From contig JAUSJG010000024.1 of assembly GCA_030647555.1 (NCBI GenBank), forward strand, positions 3,878 through 67,877: a stretch of DNA of 64,000 bases. Direction: 5' to 3'. This DNA comes from a bacterium (GTDB lineage Bacteria > Patescibacteriota > Andersenbacteria > UBA10190 > CAIZMI01). Position 1 is the first letter of the stretch. Every line of letters begins with the position of its first letter. Shown here piece by piece: positions 47,140-56,868 of the stretch. Position numbers and translations under genes: made by a program. The notes under the pieces are model-generated. The model was given only the letters and a program-made list of their open reading frames with translations, was not told the origin of the DNA and searched no databases.

Positions 47140-49266
47140 TTACGGCACGCGATCGCAGTCCGCTTGCCACTCGTCGTCACAACCCTCCGTCGGCCACACA
47201 AAGTCCCCACCAAGCGGTGATAGCGACAAGAGGCCCAACTTCACACTGTCCGGCACGCAGTTGCGTTTATACTGACCGTCAAAAAACCGCCGCCAGAAAA
47301 CCTTTTGCCACTTCACAATCTCCGGCAACGAAAAACTTGGTTCTCCCTCCGAGAAAACTTCCCAAACGGCGCGATTGATCCAGCTGGGACGCCGTCCAAA
47401 GCGTAACCCCCAAAACAAAAAGAATTCGCGCAAGATTTCCGGACCGATAATCTCATCCGTAATCTGAACTCGCTTACCGCCCACTAAGCGCGTCAACTCC
47501 GGTGATGGCGCCAATCCGGCCACTGCTCGAAATGCATCCCGCACGAGCGGTTGACCCACAAACACATGATCCGCCATCCAAAGCAGAACATGTTTTTCCA
47601 AACTCTTGGGCATCGAAGCATTCGGATTGAAATGACTGGCCCCGTCACCATGCATCGTAAACCACCCCACGGCGGCTTCCGTCATCGTGCCGGTACCGAT
47701 AAACATGCCAATCTCGCGTGCCCCGATGGTCAAAGCTAAAACCGTTCTCAACCAGGCCTGCGCGTTTTCAAATGCCAAATCCTCTTTCAAACCATCGTGG
47801 CCGGAGAGAAGAAGAAGCATTTCTGCCAGACCCAACACTTGTTCTGGTCTATCCGAAAGAGGTACATCCAAACTGGAACCATTCTTGGCAATCGGAATTT
47901 CGCGGAAATCAAATCCAAACGCCTCGCCGATTGTTCGCGCCAGATCGCGCGTTTCATCGGTTGTTCCAAACCCCGGAATCGACAAACAAACAACATCGTC
48001 ATGATCGTAATGGAGTAGATCCGCCGCGTGCGCGATCACTCCGGCAACATTTACCGAATCGCGCCCGCCGGAAAGATTGAACAACAACTTCACTTTGCGT
48101 TGTTGCTTCTCCTGCATGTAGCGCCAACGACAAGCTAGCGCGTGCGTTTGAATCCGGTGCACCGTTTCGCAGGCATAAGTAAGTTCCGCCGGATCCTCCG
48201 GCACGAAAGGTGTACGAGAAATCTTTCGCTTTAGAACATACTGGGGAGAGTGTTCGCCCCGATTCGCAAAAGTAACACCAGGACAAGATACTGGCGATTG
48301 ATCCAACCACCCAAACTCTTGCACTCGGAAATCAACAGCCCCGGGGCGCAACATGTTTTCAATCCATGCCTTGTTATCACTAAACGTGTGTTGCTCCAAA
48401 CGATCTTGCACGCAAGAACCAAGATCGACATCGTGCGTAAGATGAGACGACTCGAAACCGAAACGTTGCTCCCCTTGCGCAATAATGTTGCCCCGTTCCG
48501 CCACAAGAATCTGGTTGTCCCAAGCAAGTCCCCGATTTCCTTCTCCGGGACCAGCGGAAACATACAAATAGACATTGTTGTTTTTTCCGGAAGCGACTTT
48601 GACCAAGTCCTGCCGAAACAAATCTTTACCAATTGTAATGTTACTGGCCGAGAGATTCATCTCCACCATCGCTCCCCAGAGGGCGGCAAAGGCGGAAGGA
48701 CTGATGGGTACCCACATGTCCTCGCACAGTTCGTGATGCAAAATGAAGTCTTCGCAAAACTTGTGCTTGAGCAAAATGTCCCAACCACAGGGAATTACCG
48801 TTCCCAACAACCGCATCTGCCGTAAGGTTGACCGATAGCCGGGAATAAAAAACTTGTGCTCCAAGAACTCGCGATAGTTTGGCAAGAAACTTTTGATGTG
48901 CCCCGACAAGGGGCGCCCGCCGTAAAACGAAATTGCGCAGTTATACAAATCCGTACCTTGCACGATTGGCGCGCCAACTGTGATGAGCATCGGAAAATTG
49001 CGTGTCTTTTCGGCCAATTCGGCCAATGTTTCCAGTGTCGCCTCTTGCAACGTTTCGCTCTGAAACATTTTGTCACAGCTGTAGCCGGTAATGGAAAGCT
49101 CCTGAAAACCGGCAAATTGCGAACCTTCCTGCTTCATCTGTTGTAAAACCTGCATGTGTTCATCGAGATTCTTACGCGGTGCACCAATGTGCGTCCGTGT
49201 TACACCCAACGAGACACGTGCAAAACGATGATGACGCAAATCGTACCAGTCGTAATTGTTCTTCAT
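47140..49266 (-). CDS. nadE: glutamine-dependent NAD+ synthetase (N-terminal CN-hydrolase/nitrilase domain + NAD synthase PP-loop domain)
   Basis: FARVSLGVT...IGAP..N...ELSITGYS nitrilase-like N-terminus. NLSGGRDS PP-loop. 708 aa, like long-form NadE. Confidence 0.85.
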   Translation of the reverse strand: MKNNYDWYDLRHHRFARVSLGVTRTHIGAPRKNLDEHMQVLQQMKQEGSQFAGFQELSITGYSCDKMFQSETLQEATLETLAELAEKTRNFPMLITVGAPIVQGTDLYNCAISFYGGRPLSGHIKSFLPNYREFLEHKFFIPGYRSTLRQMRLLGTVIPCGWDILLKHKFCEDFILHHELCEDMWVPISPSAFAALWGAMVEMNLSASNITIGKDLFRQDLVKVASGKNNNVYLYVSAGPGEGNRGLAWDNQILVAERGNIIAQGEQRFGFESSHLTHDVDLGSCVQDRLEQHTFSDNKAWIENMLRPGAVDFRVQEFGWLDQSPVSCPGVTFANRGEHSPQYVLKRKISRTPFVPEDPAELTYACETVHRIQTHALACRWRYMQEKQQRKVKLLFNLSGGRDSVNVAGVIAHAADLLHYDHDDVVCLSIPGFGTTDETRDLARTIGEAFGFDFREIPIAKNGSSLDVPLSDRPEQVLGLAEMLLLLSGHDGLKEDLAFENAQAWLRTVLALTIGAREIGMFIGTGTMTEAAVGWFTMHGDGASHFNPNASMPKSLEKHVLLWMADHVFVGQPLVRDAFRAVAGLAPSPELTRLVGGKRVQITDEIIGPEILREFFLFWGLRFGRRPSWINRAVWEVFSEGEPSFSLPEIVKWQKVFWRRFFDGQYKRNCVPDSVKLGLLSLSPLGGDFVWPTEGCDDEWQADCDRVP

Positions 49267-49297
49267 TTTGGTTTCCTCTATGCTTTGGTTTCAGAAA

Positions 49298-50272
49298 CTA
49301 GTTTTCGAAATAACTCCGCACCGCCAAGATCTGCTTGGAGATATCGCAGTCAAGTGGCAAAACTTCAAACGGATGACAATCATCTGCCTCCCTTAGGGCG
49401 TTAATCGTCCATGGACAGGAATTCGTCGTCCAGAAATGTTCAATCGGAAAATCCGCGTTGCAGATTTTGGTCCAAGACTGATTTGGTGCAACAAGGTGGG
49501 TCGCGTACATACTGATTTTTTTGGCACCACCCCTAATAAGCACCTCACCACATTTCAGTTGTGTACCAAAGGTTTGAGCAAGATCATCAACGACCACGCA
49601 GTGACGACCACGCGGTTCACCTTCTTTAATCGTCACGATCCTCCGATTACCTTCCCTGTGTTTATCGCAAATAATCAGAGGCCACTCGCTAAACATTTCC
49701 CCGAAGCGTTTTTTTGCGCCCTCGTCGGGAAATACGACAGATACGTTGTTACGATCAGGCAATCCACGCAAATGTTTCTGAAGCATCGGAATCGCGCTTG
49801 TCAAAATAGGCAACATATTTGTTCCTTCGAAAATAAACCATTCCGACAAGGCATGCATATCCCAAATCACCACACGATTCTTCAAGGAAACACAAGATGG
49901 AATACTCGACAAATCACGCGCCATTGATTTGGCCGTGACAATCCGACCTTGCCGATCCATTCGCTCCATTGTCCCGGTTGGGAAAAAGGGAAGAATAATC
50001 GTGAGCGAACGCGCTTGGTAATACGCGAAAGCACTCATTACCCAGCGTTGCGTGACACTGTCCTGTGGATTTTCAAAGGCCGCCAAAAACGCCACGTCGC
50101 GCCCCCTCAAGGAGTTTTCATCTTTCATCACAATGTGAAAGTCCGGCCAACTGTCGGCAAAACGGCCCCATTGAATGTTTCCTCGCACCATCCCGGAACC
50201 GACGCCGGTAATCGACCGCGCCATCTGTTCCATTGCCTCACAATAATAGACAATAATCGGTTTCATCATCAA
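49298..50272 (-). CDS. ribose-phosphate pyrophosphokinase (Prs)-family protein, divergent
   Basis: Collinear with Prs: DMHALSEWF (DLHA.QIQGFF), VVFPDEGAKKR (VVSPDAGG.KRA), GRHCVVVDDLAQTFGT (GRDCVLVDDMIDTGGT), YATHLV. The substrate-loop residues are altered (FFPTGTMER, QTFGT). Confidence 0.7.
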   Translation of the reverse strand: MMMKPIIVYYCEAMEQMARSITGVGSGMVRGNIQWGRFADSWPDFHIVMKDENSLRGRDVAFLAAFENPQDSVTQRWVMSAFAYYQARSLTIILPFFPTGTMERMDRQGRIVTAKSMARDLSSIPSCVSLKNRVVIWDMHALSEWFIFEGTNMLPILTSAIPMLQKHLRGLPDRNNVSVVFPDEGAKKRFGEMFSEWPLIICDKHREGNRRIVTIKEGEPRGRHCVVVDDLAQTFGTQLKCGEVLIRGGAKKISMYATHLVAPNQSWTKICNADFPIEHFWTTNSCPWTINALREADDCHPFEVLPLDCDISKQILAVRSYFEN

Positions 50273-50438
50273 TCTCCTTCTCTACTTATGTAGTTGTGAA
50301 AAAACCATCCGACACAAACTGTAAACTTCCGTTGCAATGGCCGAACAATTTTGTTGTTCAGCTGCTGCAAAAAAGGGCCGCGTAAAATTGCACTTGGTGC
50401 AATTACGCGGCTGGATTTTGGTTACTTTCAAAAGGGAG

Positions 50439-51683
50439 CTAAACCCGGCAAACTTCCGTGTCGTTATGCGTGTGTCCGTAGATACGCTTAGCACGCGCGA
50501 TGTCTTCCAACCTTCCAACAGCCTTCGCAAGATTATCGGAAAGTTTTACCGGCCAGCGACCGTTGGCACGGATAATTTTGGCAACGAGCGAGATCGGATC
50601 GATCCCCAAATCATTCCCTAAATCCGTCCCCCACCCGTAGCAGGTACCGAGCCGGTTCTCAAAATGAAGATAGAGTTCAATGATTCTCTCCGCCCACAGA
50701 CCGTCCGAAAACACACCAAGCTTGGTAAGTGGATTAACACCGAACCCCTTGTAAAACTGAATCGCCCGCTCACCCCACTTGAAGGGGTCACCCGAATCCT
50801 GACGCAACCCTTTCCAGAGCATCGCTTGTTCTCGCGTCATATCCCGGAAGAAAAAATCACTGCCGAAAGTATCGGTTAAAGCGATTGAGAGCGACTCGCC
50901 GTACAAATCCCACCAATCTTTCAGCATTTGCTGATGCGATTGCCGGATCGAATCGTCATCATCTCCAAATAGGCAAGCATAGACCATGTCAAGCTCGTGC
51001 GCTTGCGTCCCTTGGACTTTCAAACCTTGTTCCATCGCAATCCACACGTTGGAGGTACCGGTCAGCTGCTCAGGTTTCAATTCATTCATAAGTCGACAAA
51101 TTACTTTTTCTTGCCAATCAAGACAACAACGCCGGCGTGTACTAAACTCCATGATCCGAATTCCGGGATACTGCGAAATCATCTCCAATTTTCTTCCCAA
51201 CCGGAGATGTCCTTCCTTGTACAAATCCTGCAACGTCATATCCTGCGCTCGCAACACAAATTGGTTGCGAAGTTGGTTGACAATGGTAATACCAATCGTT
51301 TCCCAAGGACTCGCTTCTTCCCATGCGCCTGGAAACCGCAAATCGTACTGCCCGTCCAATCCAACCTCTAACTCATAGGGGGGCAACTGAAATTCGCGCA
51401 GATAATCCACAAACTCTGGCGCATACTGCGGCCGTCCATCAGAAAGACGAAAGCTTCGCAGATAGTCCAATTCGCGATCGGTAAACCGCAATGTTCGACA
51501 ATGGTCAAGCTGGGCCTGCAGTTCGCTAATGGGGATAATATCCGCCAACCGCACGCTCTTTGTGCGGTTGTTCATCGCAAGAACCACCGGCACACCCCGC
51601 CGTTTACTCCAAATCAATTGTTGCATGTTGAGTTTATAGACGTCCAAATCGGTCAAGTGATTGATAATCGGTTTTTCTTTCAC
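50439..51683 (-). CDS. pncB: nicotinate phosphoribosyltransferase (type II PRTase, PncB-like)
   Basis: N-terminal LTDLDVYKLNMQQLIW matches the PncB LLDTDAYKLHMQQAV signature. ~400-aa length. Confidence 0.75.
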   Translation of the reverse strand: MKEKPIINHLTDLDVYKLNMQQLIWSKRRGVPVVLAMNNRTKSVRLADIIPISELQAQLDHCRTLRFTDRELDYLRSFRLSDGRPQYAPEFVDYLREFQLPPYELEVGLDGQYDLRFPGAWEEASPWETIGITIVNQLRNQFVLRAQDMTLQDLYKEGHLRLGRKLEMISQYPGIRIMEFSTRRRCCLDWQEKVICRLMNELKPEQLTGTSNVWIAMEQGLKVQGTQAHELDMVYACLFGDDDDSIRQSHQQMLKDWWDLYGESLSIALTDTFGSDFFFRDMTREQAMLWKGLRQDSGDPFKWGERAIQFYKGFGVNPLTKLGVFSDGLWAERIIELYLHFENRLGTCYGWGTDLGNDLGIDPISLVAKIIRANGRWPVKLSDNLAKAVGRLEDIARAKRIYGHTHNDTEVCRV

Positions 51684-51721
51684 TGCTCATTCCTTTTCTA
51701 AAATGGGTTTTAGAGAAACAA

Positions 51722-52339
51722 CTAGCTCACACGGTACAACCCGCGTGACAGAATGTAATCGGCCGATTGAGGATTAACATGTTCTATCAAAGCTGCACGA
51801 TCACCACTGGCAGCTGCCTCGCGCGCCGCGGTAGAACTTTCGTCTTTTCCGTCTACTCCTAATACTTGTGATTCAGGCGGATAATCTTCTTCGTCTATTT
51901 CATATCCGACCCGCAGGATAACGTAAAATGGAAACGTCACCCACAACAAAGGACCCTGAATCCAATCTAAACAGATTTTCGATCCCGAAAAACCGCCTCG
52001 CACCAGATCCGCTCCGACAGCCAGCCAGAGCTCAACAGCGCCTACGGTTGTATCTTGCAAAAATTGCATTTGTTGAAAGGTGGCCTTTCGCTTGACTTGG
52101 TTCATTCGCGTTAAATCGGATAGATCCAAAACAACATTGTTCGGTAAGTTTGGAAAAGCCAACACCGCCAATGCCGCGCGTTCGCTGGGATACAAAGTTC
52201 TTGAAGAAGACTTATCATCCCGCGGACCGCACACGGCAACAATCAACTGGTCGCACAAGGTGGCCAACCGCCGAACAATGCGCTCGTGCGCCAAAGTTCC
52301 CGGATTACAGCTCAAACCGTAACGAATTATTTTCGTCAT
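51722..52339 (-). CDS. nicotinate/nicotinamide mononucleotide adenylyltransferase (NadD/NMNAT-like nucleotidyltransferase)
   Basis: YGLSCNPGTLAHERIV corresponds to the GxFxPxH/TxxH motif. ~205-aa size. Confidence 0.55.
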   Translation of the reverse strand: MTKIIRYGLSCNPGTLAHERIVRRLATLCDQLIVAVCGPRDDKSSSRTLYPSERAALAVLAFPNLPNNVVLDLSDLTRMNQVKRKATFQQMQFLQDTTVGAVELWLAVGADLVRGGFSGSKICLDWIQGPLLWVTFPFYVILRVGYEIDEEDYPPESQVLGVDGKDESSTAAREAAASGDRAALIEHVNPQSADYILSRGLYRVS

Positions 52340-52497
52340 TAACTTGTTCCTTTAAGTAACCAAAATTGTCATAGAACATGATTTCAAAACGCTTTTGAAA
52401 CCAGAGAAATATTGTCGAAAATTCAACAACAGTTCTCTAAAAAATTCGGCGCGGGAAGCAGGTTTCTTCCCGCGCCAACGAACTTACTTCCTAATAT

Positions 52498-53268
52498 CTA
52501 TTGACCTAGTACAAGGTTCCCGACGATGTTCTTAACAATCGTGCACGCACTGTCATTTTGCAGTAAAAACATCATCAACGCGGCGAAAGCTTTTCCGTCC
52601 GTAATTGCACCGAGTTGCAGATGCGCAAGAAATTGCTCGACAGTGAGAAACTCTACCGCGATTTCTTCGTTCTCTTCATCAACGCCACGCAGATATTTCG
52701 CGATTGTTCCCATCTTTCGCCTGGAAACACGGATCGTCACCGAGAAGCAAGTGATCTGCTCATCGCAACCGCCCGCGGACGGCGTAAATTTGCCCAGTTT
52801 CCGGAGTTTTTCTTTCTTGCGCCGATTGATGTGTAAACCGGTTTCTTCGTCAAGTTCAGCAAGCGCGCGGGAGTTGACTTCATCATCATCCAACATTCCC
52901 GCCGGAATCTCGATGAATCCTGCACTACCGAGGGGAACTCGAGCCTGTTTCGTTGTGACAACGAAAATCTCACCTGTTTCCTTACAAACAACGAAGACTA
53001 ACATCGTTACCGAATCCCCGCGCAGAAAGACAATGCCCGGCACTGGTTTCTTGCTCCGACGTTTCACGACATCAGTTTTCATTTTCACAAATGCGACCCG
53101 CGCGCCAAAAATGTCGGAGGACTGAATCTCAATACCACGCAGTTGAAGATTTTCATGATCAAACTTGCGATTTAGCCAGTCATTAAAAACAGGGCTTTCA
53201 ACAACTTCGACTGCGCCCCTACCGCAAACTCTGACAACGTCGCCCTTTCTTGTCGTCACTTTAATCAC
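52498..53268 (-). CDS. ADP-ribose pyrophosphatase-like Nudix hydrolase (NudF-like, with N-terminal domain)
   Basis: AGMLDDDEVNSRALAELDEETGL aligns to NudF AGMIEEGESVEDVARREAIEEAG. Preceding RGDSVTMLVF resembles NudF RGHAAVLLPF. Confidence 0.6.
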   Translation of the reverse strand: MIKVTTRKGDVVRVCGRGAVEVVESPVFNDWLNRKFDHENLQLRGIEIQSSDIFGARVAFVKMKTDVVKRRSKKPVPGIVFLRGDSVTMLVFVVCKETGEIFVVTTKQARVPLGSAGFIEIPAGMLDDDEVNSRALAELDEETGLHINRRKKEKLRKLGKFTPSAGGCDEQITCFSVTIRVSRRKMGTIAKYLRGVDEENEEIAVEFLTVEQFLAHLQLGAITDGKAFAALMMFLLQNDSACTIVKNIVGNLVLGQ

Positions 53269-53451
53269 TGCAAATCCCCCAAAATTTGAGAAAGTTTTTG
53301 TAAAACAACACTACTCGGTTTCCCCGAGAGAGCTTGCGCCAAAATTATATTATAATTTTAGTCCAAATTCTCTTGAGAAAAAATTTGGAGAGGAACGCAG
53401 TAAATACTGCGTTCCTCTCCTCGCTATTGCGATTCTAGATCACACCAGTTG

Positions 53452-53718
53452 TCATCTTCGACGACCGGTGTTTTGTTCTTGAACGATCGCTTCCTTCACG
53501 ATTGCCCGATACTTTCCTTTCCACGACGCGTTCACCTGCGGCCAAAACTTTTCCAGATTTACCGCCGCAACGTCTGACCGCGTAGCCAAACGGTGCGCCA
53601 AATAAACCTGTTCTGCCGCTTCTCCGACAAACGCATCATCGAGATTTCTTCCGCCAGCATTCGCCAACCGAACAAGTTCACATGCTTTCGGAAGCAAAGT
53701 CGTGTCCCGAATTTTCAT
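53452..53718 (-). CDS. small hypothetical protein within the operon
   Basis: 88-aa ORF sitting 16 bp after the vWA gene. No motif recognised. Confidence 0.3.
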   Translation of the reverse strand: MKIRDTTLLPKACELVRLANAGGRNLDDAFVGEAAEQVYLAHRLATRSDVAAVNLEKFWPQVNASWKGKYRAIVKEAIVQEQNTGRRR

Positions 53719-53734
53719 CGTTTCACCTTACTCC

Positions 53735-54724
53735 TTAAGCAAACGAGTCATCATCGCCCGCGCCACTTCCCGCCCCGGCCGGAACGGCATTCTGCGTCGC
53801 CAGCGGTACCGTCGCCTTGATCTTGCCGGCCGAAGCCCGCAAGACCGATGACGACATCCGGAAACCGAGAACACTCATCAATGTATCCGGGTCACTTGGG
53901 AATGCTTGCACCACGGTCTTGAGAAAGCCCATGCCACCAACGACCGTTTGAGGATCAAGACGCTTCATCGCTTGCTCCACTTCAGGATCGTTCTCGCAAG
54001 CCACACATTGGAAAATCCGCAAATCCAAAGCTTCGCGCTCCGCATCGTTATGCAAAACGAGACCCATATTCGAGGCCATCATGTCACGAAGATTTTCGTC
54101 CATGAAACCGTAGAATTGGAAGCTCCATTTCTCGGATAACGCTTTAGTGGCGACGTAAGTTTTCAACTGCTCCCGGTGACCGGGGGCACTTTCGTTGTCG
54201 AAGCCGTCGGAGACGACTACGACCACGCGTCGCACATCGTTGCCGTCCTTTTCCAGCGCCGCGGCCAGCAATTCGCATGCCGCCGTGCCCTGCCGAACCG
54301 GTTCGTAAATCATCGTCGTACCGGAAGGATAATAGACCTGTTCGGTAATTTCCGGCAGACAGTGGGGATCGCCTTTGAGTGCCGTCATAAACGGCACGTC
54401 CGGCCCGTGTGGCTCCCAGGCTTTCCACTTGCTATTGAAGAAAATCACGCGAATGTGCATCTTCCGCCGCTCGTGCGACTTCATCAGCACTTCGCGAAAC
54501 GAATTCAGACCTTTTCGCACAGCTTGTGCTTTTCCAGAAAGAGAACCGGACATGTCCACCACCACCACCAACGCTGTCGCCTCGCCTTCCTGCGTTTCCG
54601 CTTGTTGGGCATAGGAAACAATCGCTTGTGGCAAATGTGCCCCGGCGATCGTACCGAGCACCATCTGTTGATCGTCGACTGTATCGGCGTCATAGAAGGG
54701 AGCCACCACTTGAGAATTACTCAT
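53735..54724 (-). CDS. von Willebrand factor A (vWA) domain protein, TerY-like (start set at MSNSQ)
   Basis: VVVVDMSGSLSG (DxSxS MIDAS) and VVVVSDGFDN motifs. Confidence 0.7.
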   Translation of the reverse strand: MSNSQVVAPFYDADTVDDQQMVLGTIAGAHLPQAIVSYAQQAETQEGEATALVVVVDMSGSLSGKAQAVRKGLNSFREVLMKSHERRKMHIRVIFFNSKWKAWEPHGPDVPFMTALKGDPHCLPEITEQVYYPSGTTMIYEPVRQGTAACELLAAALEKDGNDVRRVVVVVSDGFDNESAPGHREQLKTYVATKALSEKWSFQFYGFMDENLRDMMASNMGLVLHNDAEREALDLRIFQCVACENDPEVEQAMKRLDPQTVVGGMGFLKTVVQAFPSDPDTLMSVLGFRMSSSVLRASAGKIKATVPLATQNAVPAGAGSGAGDDDSFA

Positions 54725-54834
54725 CTTTCTATACCTTTCTAATGGAGTCCAGAAAAACAGAAACAAGAGAAAAAGAAGTGATGCCACGACACACTGTCGC
54801 GACACCACTAACAAACCAACCAGAAACTCGATAC

Positions 54835-56817
54835 CTATCCGCAGAGCGAGAACGACTCGGTCGTCTCGAACCGCACACCCAACTTGCGCATTTCGGCTTC
54901 TGCTGTTCGCGCATTCTTTTCGAAACCGGGGATGTCACAGCTGGTATCCCAAAGATACACCATCCGCTCTAACAAATCTTTCCGCCCGGAAGCAATACAC
55001 TTTTCCATGGCTTGCTGCATACTGCGCAAAACACAGTGCGTACGCGCCTGGCCGGACACTACCACCAGATCGAACGGCGGAATGCCCAATTCGGGAAATC
55101 CCTCGAACAACTGGAGAATGGAAAAAGTAGCTTGAGCGTTGGGATCGGTCGTAATTTCATACTCCGGTCCGAACACACCATAGAACTCCGTGCGCCACGA
55201 CATCCCCTTCGGGAAAAACATGGGCTCGGTTTCGATTGTCCCCCGCAAAAAGTTGCGGTGGTACATCGCCGCCATCACCAGCGGATCCAGCGTGGAACCG
55301 TAGGTAAACCGGTGGCAATGCTTGGTCCACAAAACCACAAACCCCAACTTGTTCACGTAATCCCAGGTCTCGTCGAGAAACTCTTGGGATCGCGTAATCG
55401 GTTGGTACCAACCATCCGGATTGTGCTGGGGATGCCAGCACGAACTGGGCAAAACAACCGGAAACGGCTTGTCCGCTCCATCAATAAACAGGTGCGGATG
55501 CGCACCGGCCGGCAACCCGAACGGGTTATTCGCCCGCAGTTGCCAGTAGTGCATATCAAACCGTGCCGTCAATGGATGGAAATCAATCGTATATCCGTCG
55601 CCGGTAATCGCCGCCGCGTTTCGCAGATCCCATTCGACTGAACGAATGGTTCCACTCCACGCGTTGGGCACACTCAAATGCCCACCCATCACCGACAAAC
55701 TTTGGAAACAACTCCCCGCTTCGGGATCATCCGTCCAGACAACCCGATTGCGCGGATTTTTTCCACCCTCTTTCCACCAATCCGGCACATCCAAAGTATC
55801 CCGGAAAACGTGAGGTAACACGCGAGTGACACACCCGGTCTTCACATCCACCGTCGTAAACGGCGACAAGAAGTCCGTCTGTTCATCCACATGCAATCGG
55901 AAAACCCGCGGAGAGTCTTTGCCCGTCTTTCTGACACCGTACTTACCGGCCATCCGGTATGCCTCCGCCTGGATCACATCCGCGTTGGGTTGGAACCAGG
56001 GGTTGACGCACAACGACCGATCGTACCAACCCGGCAACGGCAATTGCGGAACACTCGTCAACGGCGACTTTTTCGTAAAGATCGGCGCCGCATCCGCAAC
56101 CGCTTGCTTGGTCGGCGGAATTTCTGCTTCGAACGGAAACAACTCGTGTTCACCCACTTTCGAAATCGGCAAGTTGGCGATGGCATATTCCTTCACGCCA
56201 CGCTGTCCCTGATCGTCGTAGGTGTAGCCGTCACCTTTGTACGTCTCACGCAGGTGTACCGAGAAGTACAAGAACTGCCGAAACGCCACCAGGTCACGAC
56301 CACTCATCAAATAACGCTCGTAGGTCATAAACCTTGGATCGTCTTGGCTCTTGTTCGTGACCTTCACCTCGACGTCCAACCACTTGTAGCCCGAACGCGT
56401 CTGCAGCGTTGCGAACTCCGTGGACTTCAACTGTTGGCGATGCCGTTTTACATCAACGGCCAGATCCGGATAAGCATCGACAACAACATCGAGCATCCCG
56501 TCCCATGTCGCCAATCGGGCTTTCGTCCCCGTTTCCGGGAAAACGATCGTCTGGACTTTGTAACCGGCCAGCAGTTTTTCCCTGGCGTAATCCTCGTTCC
56601 AACCGATCGCCATCAACACCTCCCAGCCGGACAAGCCAATCAAACCCGCCAGACCGTTACTGTCCACCAGCATCACGATCTTGCGGTTGACGTCGTCCGC
56701 CATGGTTTCGAAATCTTTCGGCGACTTGCCTCGCAGCACGCGACCGCAAAGGCCAGTCACGGAATCACGCTTGCCGCTCAAAAAAGCTTTTCTGTACTCG
56801 CTAATCGTTCGAATCAT
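54835..56817 (-). CDS. fusion protein: ~300-aa N-terminal domain of unknown function + C-terminal isochorismatase/nicotinamidase (PncA)-like cysteine hydrolase domain
   Basis: RLHVDEQTDF resembles the isochorismatase N-motif (VIDMQNDF). LVVVSGQARTHCVLRS resembles the catalytic-Cys motif (V.G...CV..T). Confidence 0.5.
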   Translation of the reverse strand: MIRTISEYRKAFLSGKRDSVTGLCGRVLRGKSPKDFETMADDVNRKIVMLVDSNGLAGLIGLSGWEVLMAIGWNEDYAREKLLAGYKVQTIVFPETGTKARLATWDGMLDVVVDAYPDLAVDVKRHRQQLKSTEFATLQTRSGYKWLDVEVKVTNKSQDDPRFMTYERYLMSGRDLVAFRQFLYFSVHLRETYKGDGYTYDDQGQRGVKEYAIANLPISKVGEHELFPFEAEIPPTKQAVADAAPIFTKKSPLTSVPQLPLPGWYDRSLCVNPWFQPNADVIQAEAYRMAGKYGVRKTGKDSPRVFRLHVDEQTDFLSPFTTVDVKTGCVTRVLPHVFRDTLDVPDWWKEGGKNPRNRVVWTDDPEAGSCFQSLSVMGGHLSVPNAWSGTIRSVEWDLRNAAAITGDGYTIDFHPLTARFDMHYWQLRANNPFGLPAGAHPHLFIDGADKPFPVVLPSSCWHPQHNPDGWYQPITRSQEFLDETWDYVNKLGFVVLWTKHCHRFTYGSTLDPLVMAAMYHRNFLRGTIETEPMFFPKGMSWRTEFYGVFGPEYEITTDPNAQATFSILQLFEGFPELGIPPFDLVVVSGQARTHCVLRSMQQAMEKCIASGRKDLLERMVYLWDTSCDIPGFEKNARTAEAEMRKLGVRFETTESFSLCG

Positions 56818-56868
56818 TTCAGATCCTCTCTCTTACTAAGGGTTCACAAGAAACACGAAACACAAACT

